A stretch of 32,000 nucleotides of DNA from Candidatus Methylomirabilis limnetica (GCF_003044035.1 NZ_NVQC01000017.1:90001-122000), one strand, 5' to 3'. Shown: positions 1-8,526, counted from the first letter of the stretch. Program-made: numbers and translations. The notes: generated from the sequence alone by a model not told the origin.

Positions 1-1077
1 GTTCGGAAATTCTCGAAGGATCGCGCCGTTACATCGGTAGCTCGTGCAGATCCGGATCGAGTCACAGGCATCAAGGACATCTAGCTTCATGAGGGCGAGG
101 GCCGATAGGCCGTTGATCCTGGCGCTGTACCTGACGGCAACGGCATCGAACCAGCCGCAGCGCCTCGGCCGCCCCGTTGTGGCCCCAAACTCCTGCCCAC
201 GTGTCTGCAGCATCTGACCGATCGCATCCGTAAGCTCCGTCGGCATCGGACCCTCGCCGACGCGCGTCGTATAGGCCTTGGTTACGCCCAGGACGCCGTC
301 GATCACTAACGGACTCACCCCGGTCCCGGTACAGGCGCCTCCGGCCGTGGCGCTCGATGAGGTGACGTAGGGGTAGGTCCCGAGATCGACGTCCAGGAGG
401 GTCCCCTGCGCCCCCTCAAACAGGACGCTCTTCCCGGTTTTGATCAGATCGTAAATGATAAGGGAGCTGTCCACCACGAAGCCGCGAACGCGCTCGAACT
501 GTTCAAGTTGCTCCGCCGCCATCTTTTCGCAATCCAGCTCCGCCAGCTCCTGATGCTGTGGGAACTGGGCGCGCTTCTCTTCAAGGTTACTGCGGAGGCG
601 CTCCCTGAAGAGGTCGCGGTCGGTCAGATCGCCAACCCGGATCCCTGTCCTCGCCATCTTATCGATATAGGCTGGACCAATCCCGCGTCTAGTGGTCCCG
701 ATCTGCCGACCCTCTCGGAGCCGTTCCAGCTCGGCGTCCAGGATCTTATGGTAGGGAAGCACCAGATGCGCGTTCTTACTGATAAAGAAGTTCTCCTCGA
801 TCTTCACGTGCAGCTTTCTGAGCTGATCCATTTCCTGGATAAGGGCGGTCAGGTCAATCACCACGCCGTTCCCCAGGATGCAGACCTTCCCCTTCCTCAG
901 TACGCCCGACGGGACCAGGTGCAGGACTATCTTCTCCTCCTCCACCACGACCGTATGGCCCGCGTTGGTCCCACCCTGGTACCGGGCCACCGCATCAAAA
1001 TACTCTGAGAGGAGATCAACAATCTTCCCCTTCCCTTCGTCGCCCCACTGCGTGCCGACAACAATTACATTGGCCAT
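1..1077 (-). CDS. purA: Adenylosuccinate synthetase, first 359 codons (3' end runs off the window)
   Basis: Reverse-strand translation from ATG at 1077 gives MANVIVVGTQWGDEGKGKIVDLL (P-loop GDEGKGK). It stays open to base 1 with PurA motifs (GTTRRGIGPAY, TTGRPRRCGWFD). It is absent from the ORF track because no stop lies inside the window. Confidence 0.93.
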   Translation of the reverse strand, partial: MANVIVVGTQWGDEGKGKIVDLLSEYFDAVARYQGGTNAGHTVVVEEEKIVLHLVPSGVLRKGKVCILGNGVVIDLTALIQEMDQLRKLHVKIEENFFISKNAHLVLPYHKILDAELERLREGRQIGTTRRGIGPAYIDKMARTGIRVGDLTDRDLFRERLRSNLEEKRAQFPQHQELAELDCEKMAAEQLEQFERVRGFVVDSSLIIYDLIKTGKSVLFEGAQGTLLDVDLGTYPYVTSSSATAGGACTGTGVSPLVIDGVLGVTKAYTTRVGEGPMPTELTDAIGQMLQTRGQEFGATTGRPRRCGWFDAVAVRYSARINGLSALALMKLDVLDACDSIRICTSYRCNGAILREFPN

Positions 1078-2369
1078 CGCCGTTCTCCACGTTCGACCTC
1101 GCCGCAAAATCGCTCAACCGGGACCCGCTCCTCAGCCCCAGAGTCAAGGTCCCTGACGAGCAACTCGTCCTGAGGCAGATGAGGTAAGCCCAGCACGATC
1201 GCTCGGCTGATCCCGGACGCTACCGCATAGTCAAATGAACCTTCCAGATCCCGCTTGATGATGTCTCTCGCCGCCGAGTAGCCCTGTTCCCGCAGAAGCC
1301 GAGCAATGCGAAGGGCGTGGCGCTTATCGGGGTTAAAGTCGATAATCAGAAACTTCTGGCTCGTCACGAGGGGAGGCCGATCCTCGGCAGCGACAGCCTC
1401 CAGGACCTTATCCAGATCGAAGGCAAAGCCGGTAGCGGGGCAGGGATACCCGAACCCACCGATCAGGTCGTCGTATCGGCCGCCGCGTGAGATCTCAGAG
1501 CCCAGGCCCTGAGCAAATGCCGCAAAGGTCACGCCAGTGTGGTACTCGAAGGCCCTCGCTTCGCCAAGATCGATGATCACCTGATCCGCCAAACCGTACT
1601 GCTCCAGGACTTCATAAACCTGGGTGAGGTTTCTCAGGGCCTCCTGTGAACGCCGGTTGGGCGCCAGGTCCTGCGCACGAGCCAGAACCTCTTTCCCGCC
1701 ATAGAGTGTTGGTAGGTCCAGCACAGCCTGCTTGGACTTATCGTCCGCATCCAGACCTTGCAGGAGCAGCTCAAGCTCGAGGGTATCTTTCCTGTTGATG
1801 GCCGAAACAAGCGCTCGGCGTCGATCGGGCTCGAGATCCAGGGCATCGACGAGCCCCCGCACGTACTCGATCTGGCCGACATCAATCTGAAAGCGCTGCA
1901 GGCCGAGGGCCCGGCAGCCCTCCACCACCATCGCCACCATCTCGGCATCGGCCTCCGGCCGCTCCAGCCCAATCAGCTCCACGCCAAGCTGGACACACTC
2001 GCGCTGCCGACCAGCCTGAGGGGCCTCGTAGCGAAAGACATTCGTCATATACGAGAGACGCAACGGCAAGGGACGGTGCCGAAGCGTAGTCGCCGCGAGG
2101 CGCGCCACCTGGGGGGTCGGGTCGTACCGCAGCGCCAGCAGGCGGCCGGTCTGCCGGTCGACGAACTTGAAGATCTTTTCTCCGCCCTCCCCCTCCGAGT
2201 CTCCCGAGAAGACCTTCAGATATTCAAACGTCGGGGTGATGACCTCTTGGAACCCCCATCGCTCAAAGATCGTAAGGATCTGGCGCTCAGCCCAGCGGCG
2301 CAGCGCGGTCTCCTCCGGCGGGAAGACCCGAACACCTTTCGGAATGGCGGTCTTTGAAGAGCAGTCCAT
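1065..2369 (-). CDS. hisZ: ATP phosphoribosyltransferase regulatory subunit (HisRS paralogue)
   Basis: 434-aa ORF with a class-II aaRS-like core (LRYDPTPQVAR, FRYEAPQAGRQRE, GGRYDDL). It has GFAFDLDKV where true HisRS has GFxxGxER. It overlaps the purA start by 13 nt, and hisZ-purA adjacency is common. Confidence 0.8.
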   Translation of the reverse strand: MDCSSKTAIPKGVRVFPPEETALRRWAERQILTIFERWGFQEVITPTFEYLKVFSGDSEGEGGEKIFKFVDRQTGRLLALRYDPTPQVARLAATTLRHRPLPLRLSYMTNVFRYEAPQAGRQRECVQLGVELIGLERPEADAEMVAMVVEGCRALGLQRFQIDVGQIEYVRGLVDALDLEPDRRRALVSAINRKDTLELELLLQGLDADDKSKQAVLDLPTLYGGKEVLARAQDLAPNRRSQEALRNLTQVYEVLEQYGLADQVIIDLGEARAFEYHTGVTFAAFAQGLGSEISRGGRYDDLIGGFGYPCPATGFAFDLDKVLEAVAAEDRPPLVTSQKFLIIDFNPDKRHALRIARLLREQGYSAARDIIKRDLEGSFDYAVASGISRAIVLGLPHLPQDELLVRDLDSGAEERVPVERFCGEVERGERRWPM

Positions 2370-2373
2370 AGGA

Positions 2374-2471
2374 GATCAGCTATCAGCGATCGGAGGCAGT
2401 GTAGGGGCGCTGCTTGCTGCGCCCGCATTGGTCAGGGCAAGCCCTGCCCATACGACGCTGATCGCTGATGG
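2374..2471. repeat. Composite intergenic element: family C termini (atcagcgatc / gatcgctgat) enclosing family B core
   Basis: 10-bp perfect inverted repeats at 2382-2391 and 2460-2469. The 24-nt core gtaggggcgctgcttgctgcgccc (2401-2424) is identical to 22037-22060. Confidence 0.8.
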
Positions 2472-2477
2472 CGGTCC

Positions 2478-4058
2478 TCAAACCTTCACAAGTTTAACGA
2501 AGACTATGTCGGGGAGCCGCCGGATTTCGTCTATGACATGAGCAGGAACAGGGTTGTCGACATTCACCACTGACAAGGCCCTACCACCAGGCTGCGCCCG
2601 CCCTAACTGCATTCCGGCGATATTGACCCGGTTCTTTCCGAGCAGGGTGCCAATCGTCCCGATGACCCCAGGCACGTCCAGGTTGGAGAAGATCAGGAGG
2701 TACCCTTCGGGGATGGCTTCCAGGCGGAATTCGTCGATCCGGACGACCCTGGGTTCCCGGCGGCTGAAGAGCGTCCCCGCAACCTCACTCGTGCCACGGT
2801 CGCCATTGATCGAGACGGTGATGAGACTCGCGTAGTCGGCCTCCTCCAGCACCTTACTCTCAATTACCCGAATGCCGCGCCCTTTCGCCAGGGCCAAGGC
2901 ATTGACGTAGTTGACCTCGTCACCCATGAAGGGGTCCAGCACTCCCTTGACGACGGACGCGGTGAGCGGCGCCGGGTCGTAGCCCGCGATCTCGCCCCGG
3001 TAATCGATCCGGATCTGCCGGAGTCCCCCCTCGGCAAGCTGAGAGGTCAGGCGGCCTAGTTTCTCGGACAGGGTAAGGTACGGCTGAAGGACCTTGTACA
3101 GCGCCGGGTCAATCGACGGGGCATTCACGGCATTCCTGATGAGCCCTTTCTGGAGATACTCGACGACCTGCTGGGCGATCTCGACGGCGACATTCTCTTG
3201 AGCTTCCTCGCTCGCCGCGCCGATGTGCGGGGTACAGATGAAGTTGTTGAGCGTCAGCAGCGGCGCGCTGGTGGTAGGCTCCTGTTCAAATACGTCCAGG
3301 GCCGCCCCTGCAACCTTGCCGGCCTTCATTGCCTCATACAGGGCCGCCTCGTCGATGATCCCGCCTCTCGCACAGTTAATAATCCGAACCCCCGTCTTCA
3401 TCTGCGCGATGGCGTCGCGATCGATGAGATGGTACGTCTCTGGGGTGATGGGGGTGTGGATAGTGATAAAATCCGATCGCTGGAACAGCTCCGGGAGCCC
3501 CACCAAATCGACCCCTAGCGCTGCTGCGGCCTCCTCAGAGACAAAGGGATCAGAGACGATGACGCGCATGGCGAACCCTTTGGCGCGTCGAGCCACCTCG
3601 ACGCCAATCCGCCCCAAGCCGATAATCCCTAATGTCTTGCTTCCCACCTCGACGCTGATGAAGGCGCCCTTCTCCCACCGACCGCCCTTCATCGAGGCGG
3701 TGGCCTGCGGGATATTCTTGGCGAGGGCCAGCAGAAGCGAGAAGGTATGCTCGGCGGTGGTCAGGGTATTACCGCTCGGGGCATTCATCACCAGGACTCC
3801 GCGAGCCGTCGCCGCCTCGACGTCGATATTGTCCACCCCGACGCCAGCCCTTCCTACCACCTTGAGTCTGCGCGTAGCCCGCAGGATCTGGGCGGTTACA
3901 CTGGTGGCGCTTCGGACGATCAGGCCATCATAGTTGTCGATGCATTCCTGCAGCGCCTCGGGGCTCAGCTTGCGCCGCTCATCAACCTCGAACGCCTCGG
4001 CTTGGCGCAGAATCTCAATACCGCGTGGCGAGAGACCGTCGCTCACAAGAATTCGCAT
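2478..4058 (-). CDS. serA: D-3-phosphoglycerate dehydrogenase with C-terminal ACT domain
   Basis: 526 aa. NAD-binding GIIGLGRIG, 2-hydroxyacid dehydrogenase motifs (INCARGG, CTPHIGAAS), a long intervening domain and an ACT-like tail (LLIFSNLDVPGVIGTIGTLLG). Confidence 0.93.
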   Translation of the reverse strand: MRILVSDGLSPRGIEILRQAEAFEVDERRKLSPEALQECIDNYDGLIVRSATSVTAQILRATRRLKVVGRAGVGVDNIDVEAATARGVLVMNAPSGNTLTTAEHTFSLLLALAKNIPQATASMKGGRWEKGAFISVEVGSKTLGIIGLGRIGVEVARRAKGFAMRVIVSDPFVSEEAAAALGVDLVGLPELFQRSDFITIHTPITPETYHLIDRDAIAQMKTGVRIINCARGGIIDEAALYEAMKAGKVAGAALDVFEQEPTTSAPLLTLNNFICTPHIGAASEEAQENVAVEIAQQVVEYLQKGLIRNAVNAPSIDPALYKVLQPYLTLSEKLGRLTSQLAEGGLRQIRIDYRGEIAGYDPAPLTASVVKGVLDPFMGDEVNYVNALALAKGRGIRVIESKVLEEADYASLITVSINGDRGTSEVAGTLFSRREPRVVRIDEFRLEAIPEGYLLIFSNLDVPGVIGTIGTLLGKNRVNIAGMQLGRAQPGGRALSVVNVDNPVPAHVIDEIRRLPDIVFVKLVKV

Positions 4059-4076
4059 TCGTTCCCCTCTAAAAAG

Positions 4077-4102
4077 CAGCTATCAGCTATCGGCCATCAG
4101 CT
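4077..4102. repeat. Family C motif (cagctatcagctatcggccatcagct) in the serA 5' leader
   Basis: Related gctatcag strings lie upstream of the hisZ start (2374-2393) and the fmdB start (about 5964, agcagttatcagatc). All three are in 5' leaders of minus-strand genes. Confidence 0.6.
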
Positions 4103-4117
4103 AAAAGCTACTCTTTC

Positions 4118-5257
4118 TCAACATGCCTGGACCAGTACCTCCTGGGCCGCTCGTATCCCCTCGCCCAACTTGACTGGATAGCCGAGGTCAGCGAGGGTTC
4201 GTTCTAGCGCCGCCAGGCAGACGACAACGTCGGATTCATCGGCGTATCCCAGGTGGGCCAGGCGGAAGATCTTCCCCTTAAGCTGAGCCTGGCCGCCCGA
4301 GATGGTGATGCCGTGGGCTGCTCGAAGCCTCTTTACGATGGCACCGGCCTCGATGCCAGGCGGGGCGATAATAGTGGTCAGCGCAGGGGTAGGCCGCTCG
4401 GTGAATAGTTGGAGCCCGAGCGCCATGACTCCGGCGCGGGTCGCCCGCGCAAGCCGGTCATGTCGCGCGAAGAGCGCGGTGAGACCCTCTGCCCTGATCA
4501 CAGCGAGAGACTCATGAAGCGCCACAACCAACGAGACCGCCGGCGTAAAGGTGTTCTGGTTCTTCTCCAGGCTCTTCCGCTCAGCGATAAAATTGAAATA
4601 GAACTTCGGGAGTCGAGATCGCTGCACCATGGCCCAGGCCTTGTCAGAGACCCCACACAAGGCGAGACCCGGCGGAATCATCAGCGCCTTCTGAGTACCG
4701 CCCACGACGACGTCCACCCCCCAGGCGTCCATCGGCAGGTCCACCACCCCCACGCTCGTAATGGCGTCAACGATCAGGATGGCGGGCGTCTTTCCGACGA
4801 TCCGAGCAATCGCCTCAATATCGTGCAGGACACCCGTGGAGCTCTCACTATGAGTCGTGAAAACCGCCTTGATCGAGGGATCGGCCGTAAGGGCTGCCGC
4901 CACAAGGTCAGGCTCCACGGCGCGCCCCCACTCCACATCAATGTACGACGGCTGAAGGCCATAGGCCTCGCAGATCTCCCCCCAGCGCTCGCCGAACTTG
5001 CCGCCGCGGATCACCAGGGCCCGGTCACCTGGCGAGAGCGTGTTGACCACCGCGCCTTCCATCCCACCCGTGCCGGACGATGTGAATAGCAGCACCTCGT
5101 TCTTGGTTTGAAAGAGGAACTTAAGCCCCTCCCGGACGGAGGCGAGAAGGACTTCGTACTCCGGACCGCGATGGTACAGGATCGGCCTGGCCATCGCCAG
5201 CAAGGCTTCCGGAAGGACCTGAGTCGGACCCGGCGCTAACAGATGTCGCTTTTTCAT
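4118..5257 (-). CDS. Class-V (AGXT/serine-pyruvate type) aminotransferase, probably the phosphoserine aminotransferase partner of serA
   Basis: 379 aa. Motifs PGPT, SSGTGGMEG and the PLP-lysine region GGTQKALM. It lies directly upstream of serA on the same strand. Confidence 0.8.
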   Translation of the reverse strand: MKKRHLLAPGPTQVLPEALLAMARPILYHRGPEYEVLLASVREGLKFLFQTKNEVLLFTSSGTGGMEGAVVNTLSPGDRALVIRGGKFGERWGEICEAYGLQPSYIDVEWGRAVEPDLVAAALTADPSIKAVFTTHSESSTGVLHDIEAIARIVGKTPAILIVDAITSVGVVDLPMDAWGVDVVVGGTQKALMIPPGLALCGVSDKAWAMVQRSRLPKFYFNFIAERKSLEKNQNTFTPAVSLVVALHESLAVIRAEGLTALFARHDRLARATRAGVMALGLQLFTERPTPALTTIIAPPGIEAGAIVKRLRAAHGITISGGQAQLKGKIFRLAHLGYADESDVVVCLAALERTLADLGYPVKLGEGIRAAQEVLVQAC

Positions 5258-5377
5258 CGCTACGTCCCTCGTGTGTATTGAGGCGTGATACGTCCCATCA
5301 ATTCGCGCCGACTATATCCAAAGCGACGCGCGACTGTCAAGGCGAAACACTGTCCCCCAGAACAGCGATAGAAAGTT

Positions 5378-5454
5378 GTCATTGCGAACGAAGTGAAGCA
5401 ATCTCGAATTGTTGCACTGAGATTGCCGCGCACCCTGCGGGTGCTCGCAATGAC
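5378..5454. repeat. Palindromic intergenic repeat, family A, copy 1
   Basis: gtcattgcgaac ... gaagcaatctc ... gagattgcc ... gctcgcaatgac gives nested inverted repeats. Confidence 0.8.
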
Positions 5455-5529
5455 GCAAGGAATCGAGTAGTTGCGAAGTCTGTCGCTGTTCTTGGGACTG
5501 TCCGGAAAGGTCAGGCGCGCAGCCATCAG

Positions 5530-5883
5530 TTACTCCTCGGCTTCCGCTCCCCCCTCGGCTGCTGCCCCTTCCTCCGTCGCCTCCTCCATCATCTGGTCGA
5601 AGTCCTCGCCAACGTCTTCGCCCATCTCTTTCCCCATCCGCTTGGCCCAGCGAGCGACACTCTTCGGATCATTCTCATCAAGATCACCGAAATTACTGGG
5701 GTCAGCCATTCGCTCGAAGCGGCTCTCTTCAGACTTAACCACCGCAAACCGGGAGAGCAGACGCGTCATCTCCCGACTCTCACAGCGGGGGCAGACAGGT
5801 ATGAGGGGGTTATGGATATTCCGGATCAGCAGGCTCACTCGCTTCCTGCAACTGTGACACGCGTATTCATAGATCGGCATCAT
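5530..5883 (-). CDS. FmdB-family zinc-ribbon protein with acidic tail
   Basis: M(M)PIYEYACHSCRKR ... CPRCES gives two CxxC pairs in the canonical FmdB arrangement. There are tandem ATGs, so the start may be 5880. Confidence 0.8.
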   Translation of the reverse strand: MMPIYEYACHSCRKRVSLLIRNIHNPLIPVCPRCESREMTRLLSRFAVVKSEESRFERMADPSNFGDLDENDPKSVARWAKRMGKEMGEDVGEDFDQMMEEATEEGAAAEGGAEAEE

Positions 5884-6042
5884 GCACCTCGTTGCTGCTA
5901 TCGCTCATCACCGTAAAGAGCCGCCAAGTCTCGGCATGGGAGGATACAACCTCCTGCTCGTGTAAGCAGTTATCAGATCACCCCGCCGCTGTCAAGAGCA
6001 GCCGCCTTCCCGGCAGTGTCCTAATTCTAGCCCCCTTCGTCC

Positions 6043-6139
6043 GTCATTGCGAGCCGAAGGCAAAGCAATCTCATCGTTTATGATGAGCTGTAGAACAGAA
6101 CCCCTGGATTGCCGCGCTCCAGTTGGTCGCTCGCAATGC
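6043..6139. repeat. Palindromic intergenic repeat, family A, copy 2
   Basis: gtcattgcgagc ... caaagcaatctc ... attgccgcgc ... gctcgcaatg has the same termini and internal boxes as copy 1, with a longer centre. Confidence 0.8.
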
Positions 6140-6415
6140 TCCATGAGCATGGAAGTCCGTACCTCGCTCACCTTTGTCCTCTCCTCCCGGTGAGGAGAGA
6201 GGAATCTTTTTGCTGCCCCTCGCCCCTTTGGGGAGAGGGTGCGGGTGAGGGGACTTTCCGGGTAGTGACCGCGCTGTTAGACATGATCCCTCGGGCATGG
6301 CTGCAAGCAAATCAGGACAGCACCGCCACCGGCGAGTAAAAGTCTTGACAAGTTCGCAGAAAGGCAGGAAAGTTTCATTGATATGTTGAAATTGTAGGCT
6401 GTAGAAGAAAGGCAA

Positions 6416-6619
6416 ATGAGACAGAGCAGTAAATTCCCCCCTGGGTGGGATGAGGAGCGTGTGAAACGGGTCCTTGCCCACTATGAATCCCAAACGGAAG
6501 AAGAGGCTGTGGCAGAGGACGAGGCCGCGTTTGAGGCAGCAGATCAGACCGTCATGGAAATCCCCACCGATCTCGTTCCGAAGGTTCGAGAGCTGATCGC
6601 CAAGCATCAAGCGGCGTGA
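6416..6619 (+). CDS. Small acidic conserved hypothetical protein (67 aa)
   Basis: ATG preceded by a purine-rich stretch (gaagaaagg). The sequence PPGWDEERVKRVLAHYESQTEEEAVAEDEAAFE resembles a small orphan protein type I recognise from accessory regions. Function unknown. Confidence 0.45.
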   Translation: MRQSSKFPPGWDEERVKRVLAHYESQTEEEAVAEDEAAFEAADQTVMEIPTDLVPKVRELIAKHQAA

Positions 6620-6754
6620 AGCAGGGTTGACCGGACGCGGTGTTTGCCCTCCGGCAGGGGCCGCAGAGCCGGCCGCACCGCTTCCGCTCGTTGCTCACGC
6701 GCAATGTTAGGCGTCATTCGGTGGGGGAGTGGTCCCTTGAAGGAGTTACACGGC

Positions 6755-7192
6755 ATGACTGAAGTGCGAAAGCCCTCCGTTCTCTTCGTCTGCAAAGGCA
6801 ATACATGTCGCAGTGTCATGGCCGAGGCACTGACGAGGCGGCGCTTCGGTGACGCGGTCCAAGTAGCGTCTGCCGGTCTCCGTCCCCAACCTCCTGAAGA
6901 CGCGAAAAATGCAGTCGAGACCTTGCGTGTTGAGTTTAACTGGGATACCTCTTCCCATCTCCCGCGCCACTTCCGAGACATTGACGTGAACTCGTTCGAC
7001 TATGTTGTGGCCATGGACAAGTATATTGCGAAAGAACTCAAGGGTATTCCTAAAGAGAGGCTTCTCGTATGGAATATCGACGATCCGTGGGACAACGATA
7101 TGGCCGAGTACAAGCGATGTGGACTCATCATATTGCGGTACCTCTCACGCCTCCCAATCACACACTCTGGGCAACAAGAGGCCAACGCCTAA
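6755..7192 (+). CDS. Low-molecular-weight protein-tyrosine phosphatase
   Basis: AAGGAG RBS at 6740-6745, then ATG 6755. P-loop VLFVCKGNTCRS (CxGNxCRS) and a DP loop (IDDPW). The track ORF starts at 6644, but its first 37 codons lie in the attC-like spacer. Confidence 0.85.
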   Translation: MTEVRKPSVLFVCKGNTCRSVMAEALTRRRFGDAVQVASAGLRPQPPEDAKNAVETLRVEFNWDTSSHLPRHFRDIDVNSFDYVVAMDKYIAKELKGIPKERLLVWNIDDPWDNDMAEYKRCGLIILRYLSRLPITHSGQQEANA

Positions 7193-7292
7193 CTCCGGCT
7201 TGCAGACGGATGGAGAGGAGCGCGCGAGTGCGGGGCTCGGTGGTCCAGGTGCGGCTTAGTGCCACGTCCGCCCCCGCCGCTGAAGCCGCGGG
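7187..7292 (+). other. attC-like site lacking its distal core (truncated)
   Basis: GCCTAAC at 7187-7193 contains the TAA stop of the phosphatase. The arm tccggcttgcagacgga (7194-7210) pairs imperfectly with tccg..ctgaagccgcgg (7267-7292). No GTTRRRY follows; a DUF497 gene fragment starts there instead. Confidence 0.4.
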
Positions 7293-7299
7293 CACTGTG

Positions 7300-7404
7300 T
7301 GCCACTGCTTTAGAGTGGGCGATGCTGTCATCCGGATCATTTCCGCACGGAAAGTAAACCGAAATGAAGGATTATCACATCAACATCTTCTTCTACAGCG
7401 ATGA
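7300..7404 (+). pseudogene. 3' fragment of a BrnT/DUF497-family toxin gene
   Basis: The frame of track ORF 7069..7404 ends in FRVGDAVIRIISARKVNRNE. This matches the conserved DUF497 C-terminal motif (xIRIISARkaxxxE). No DUF497 N-terminal region is found upstream. Confidence 0.45.
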
Positions 7405-7585
7405 AGACGGCGGCTACATTGCTGACATCCCCGACTTGAAGTTCTGCTCCGCGTTCGGCGAAACCCCCAGCGAGGCCCTGACGGAAGTCCTGAAGGCGAA
7501 AGCGGCTTGGCTCAAGGCAGCACGAGCCGCAAAAAAGCCCATCCCCAAGCCGTCCGTTCGACCGGCGATTTATCAGGTGGCATAA
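7364..7585 (+). CDS. HicB-family (UPF0150) antitoxin-like protein
   Basis: 73 aa. MKDYHINIFFYSDEDGGYIADIPDLKFCSAFGETPSEALTEVLKAKAAWL is a typical HicB N-domain. No hicA is nearby. Confidence 0.75.
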   Translation: MKDYHINIFFYSDEDGGYIADIPDLKFCSAFGETPSEALTEVLKAKAAWLKAARAAKKPIPKPSVRPAIYQVA

Positions 7586-7669
7586 CAGGACAGCGCCGGG
7601 TACAACCGCCTTCGCCGGCTCACCGGCTCAGCCGGACATGCACGTCCTGGCATTGACCTAGAGTTGCGC
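7580..7669 (+). other. attC-like site
   Basis: GCATAAC (7580-7586) contains the TAA stop of the HicB-like gene, and the inverse core GTTGCGC lies at 7663-7669. Internal pairing includes caggac (7586-7591) with gtcctg (about 7644-7649). The site is asymmetric and imperfect. Confidence 0.35.
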
Positions 7670-7777
7670 CTAGGTCGAGGATCTTGGCGAGACGGCGGGA
7701 GGCTGACCACGCTACCTAATAGCGAGGCGGCTTCTGCACCACCGTGAAGCGGGTTCTTCTACAACCGGCTTGCATAA

Positions 7778-7794
7778 TATCTCGCCTTGAGATA
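7778..7794. promoter_or_regulatory. Candidate HigA operator (inverted repeat TATCTC-n5-GAGATA)
   Basis: Perfect 6-bp arms just upstream of higB ATG 7805, inside an AT-richer promoter-like stretch (ttgcataatatctc). Confidence 0.3.
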
Positions 7795-7804
7795 CGATGA
7801 CACT

Positions 7805-8092
7805 ATGCGCATCATTTCGAGAAAGGCTTTGCGCCAGTTTTGGGAGCAATACCCGGATAGTAAATTGGCGCTGACGCGCTGGTTCAAAATCGTGCGGCAC
7901 ACCACCTTTCGCGGTTTTGGTGAATTGCGGACGACTTTTCCCTCAGTTGACAAAGTCGGCAAATGGATTGTGTTCAACATCGGTGGCAACAAATATCGGC
8001 TGATCGCAGTCATTCACTTTAGTCGGGGTAAACTATACATTCGCCATGTTCTCACGCATCAAGAATATGACAAAGGGAGTTGGAAGCAATGA
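7805..8092 (+). CDS. higB: HigB-family mRNA interferase toxin
   Basis: MRIISRKALRQFWEQYPDSK ... FNIGGNKYRLIAVIHF ... YIRHVLTHQEYDKGSWK is the HigB toxin signature. The ATGA overlap with the next gene indicates coupling. The track start 7787 is a TTG inside the operator. Confidence 0.85.
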   Translation: MRIISRKALRQFWEQYPDSKLALTRWFKIVRHTTFRGFGELRTTFPSVDKVGKWIVFNIGGNKYRLIAVIHFSRGKLYIRHVLTHQEYDKGSWKQ

Positions 8093-8487
8093 GCACTCTC
8101 ACGAAAGACCTCCAAAGTCATTGGGCCAATATTCGCCCCATCCTAACGATTCGCAATGAGCGCGAATATGACTCGGCGATTAAGCGGCTAAAGGAGTTGT
8201 TGGATGAAATCGGTGATAACGAGCGCCATCCCCTGTATGGCCTGTTAGATACGCTAGGCACGTTGATTCACGTTTACGAGGAAAAACATCATCCCATGCC
8301 TGGATGCGCTGGAGCTGACATGCTTCAATTTTTTATGGAAGAGCATGGTTTGAATCAATCGGACTTGGCAGACATCGGCTCTCAGGGCGTCGTGTCCGAA
8401 ATCCTGAATGGCAAGCGGGAATTGAATGTTCGCCAGGTTCGTCTTTTGGCAAGGCGGTTTCAGGTGTCACCCGCCGTGTTCATCTGA
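8089..8487 (+). CDS. higA: HigA-family antitoxin (XRE helix-turn-helix)
   Basis: The C-terminal HTH (LNQSDLADIGSQGVVSEILNGKRELNVRQVRLLARRF) and its position immediately after higB. Confidence 0.85.
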   Translation: MSTLTKDLQSHWANIRPILTIRNEREYDSAIKRLKELLDEIGDNERHPLYGLLDTLGTLIHVYEEKHHPMPGCAGADMLQFFMEEHGLNQSDLADIGSQGVVSEILNGKRELNVRQVRLLARRFQVSPAVFI

Positions 8488-8506
8488 GCTACACGCCGCT
8501 AGCGCC

Positions 8507-8526
8507 GCCCAACACCGCGTCCAGCC
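8507..8526 (+). other. Left half of an attC-like site (truncated)
   Basis: GCCCAACaccgcgtccagcc, 19 nt after the higA stop, parallels GCCTAACtccggcttgcagac at 7187. It breaks off into AT-rich sequence followed by a transposase remnant. Confidence 0.35.

Noticed and set aside
5260-5526. 88-aa minus-strand ORF between the aminotransferase and fmdB genes
   Set aside because: It is composed largely of the family A palindromic repeat, and an equivalent ORF is open on the opposite strand.
6071-6610. 179-aa minus-strand ORF in the position where an integron integrase might be expected
   Set aside because: It has no tyrosine-recombinase motifs (no RHRY-type boxes). It reads through repeat family A and a hairpin-rich spacer and overlaps the better-supported 67-aa plus-strand gene.
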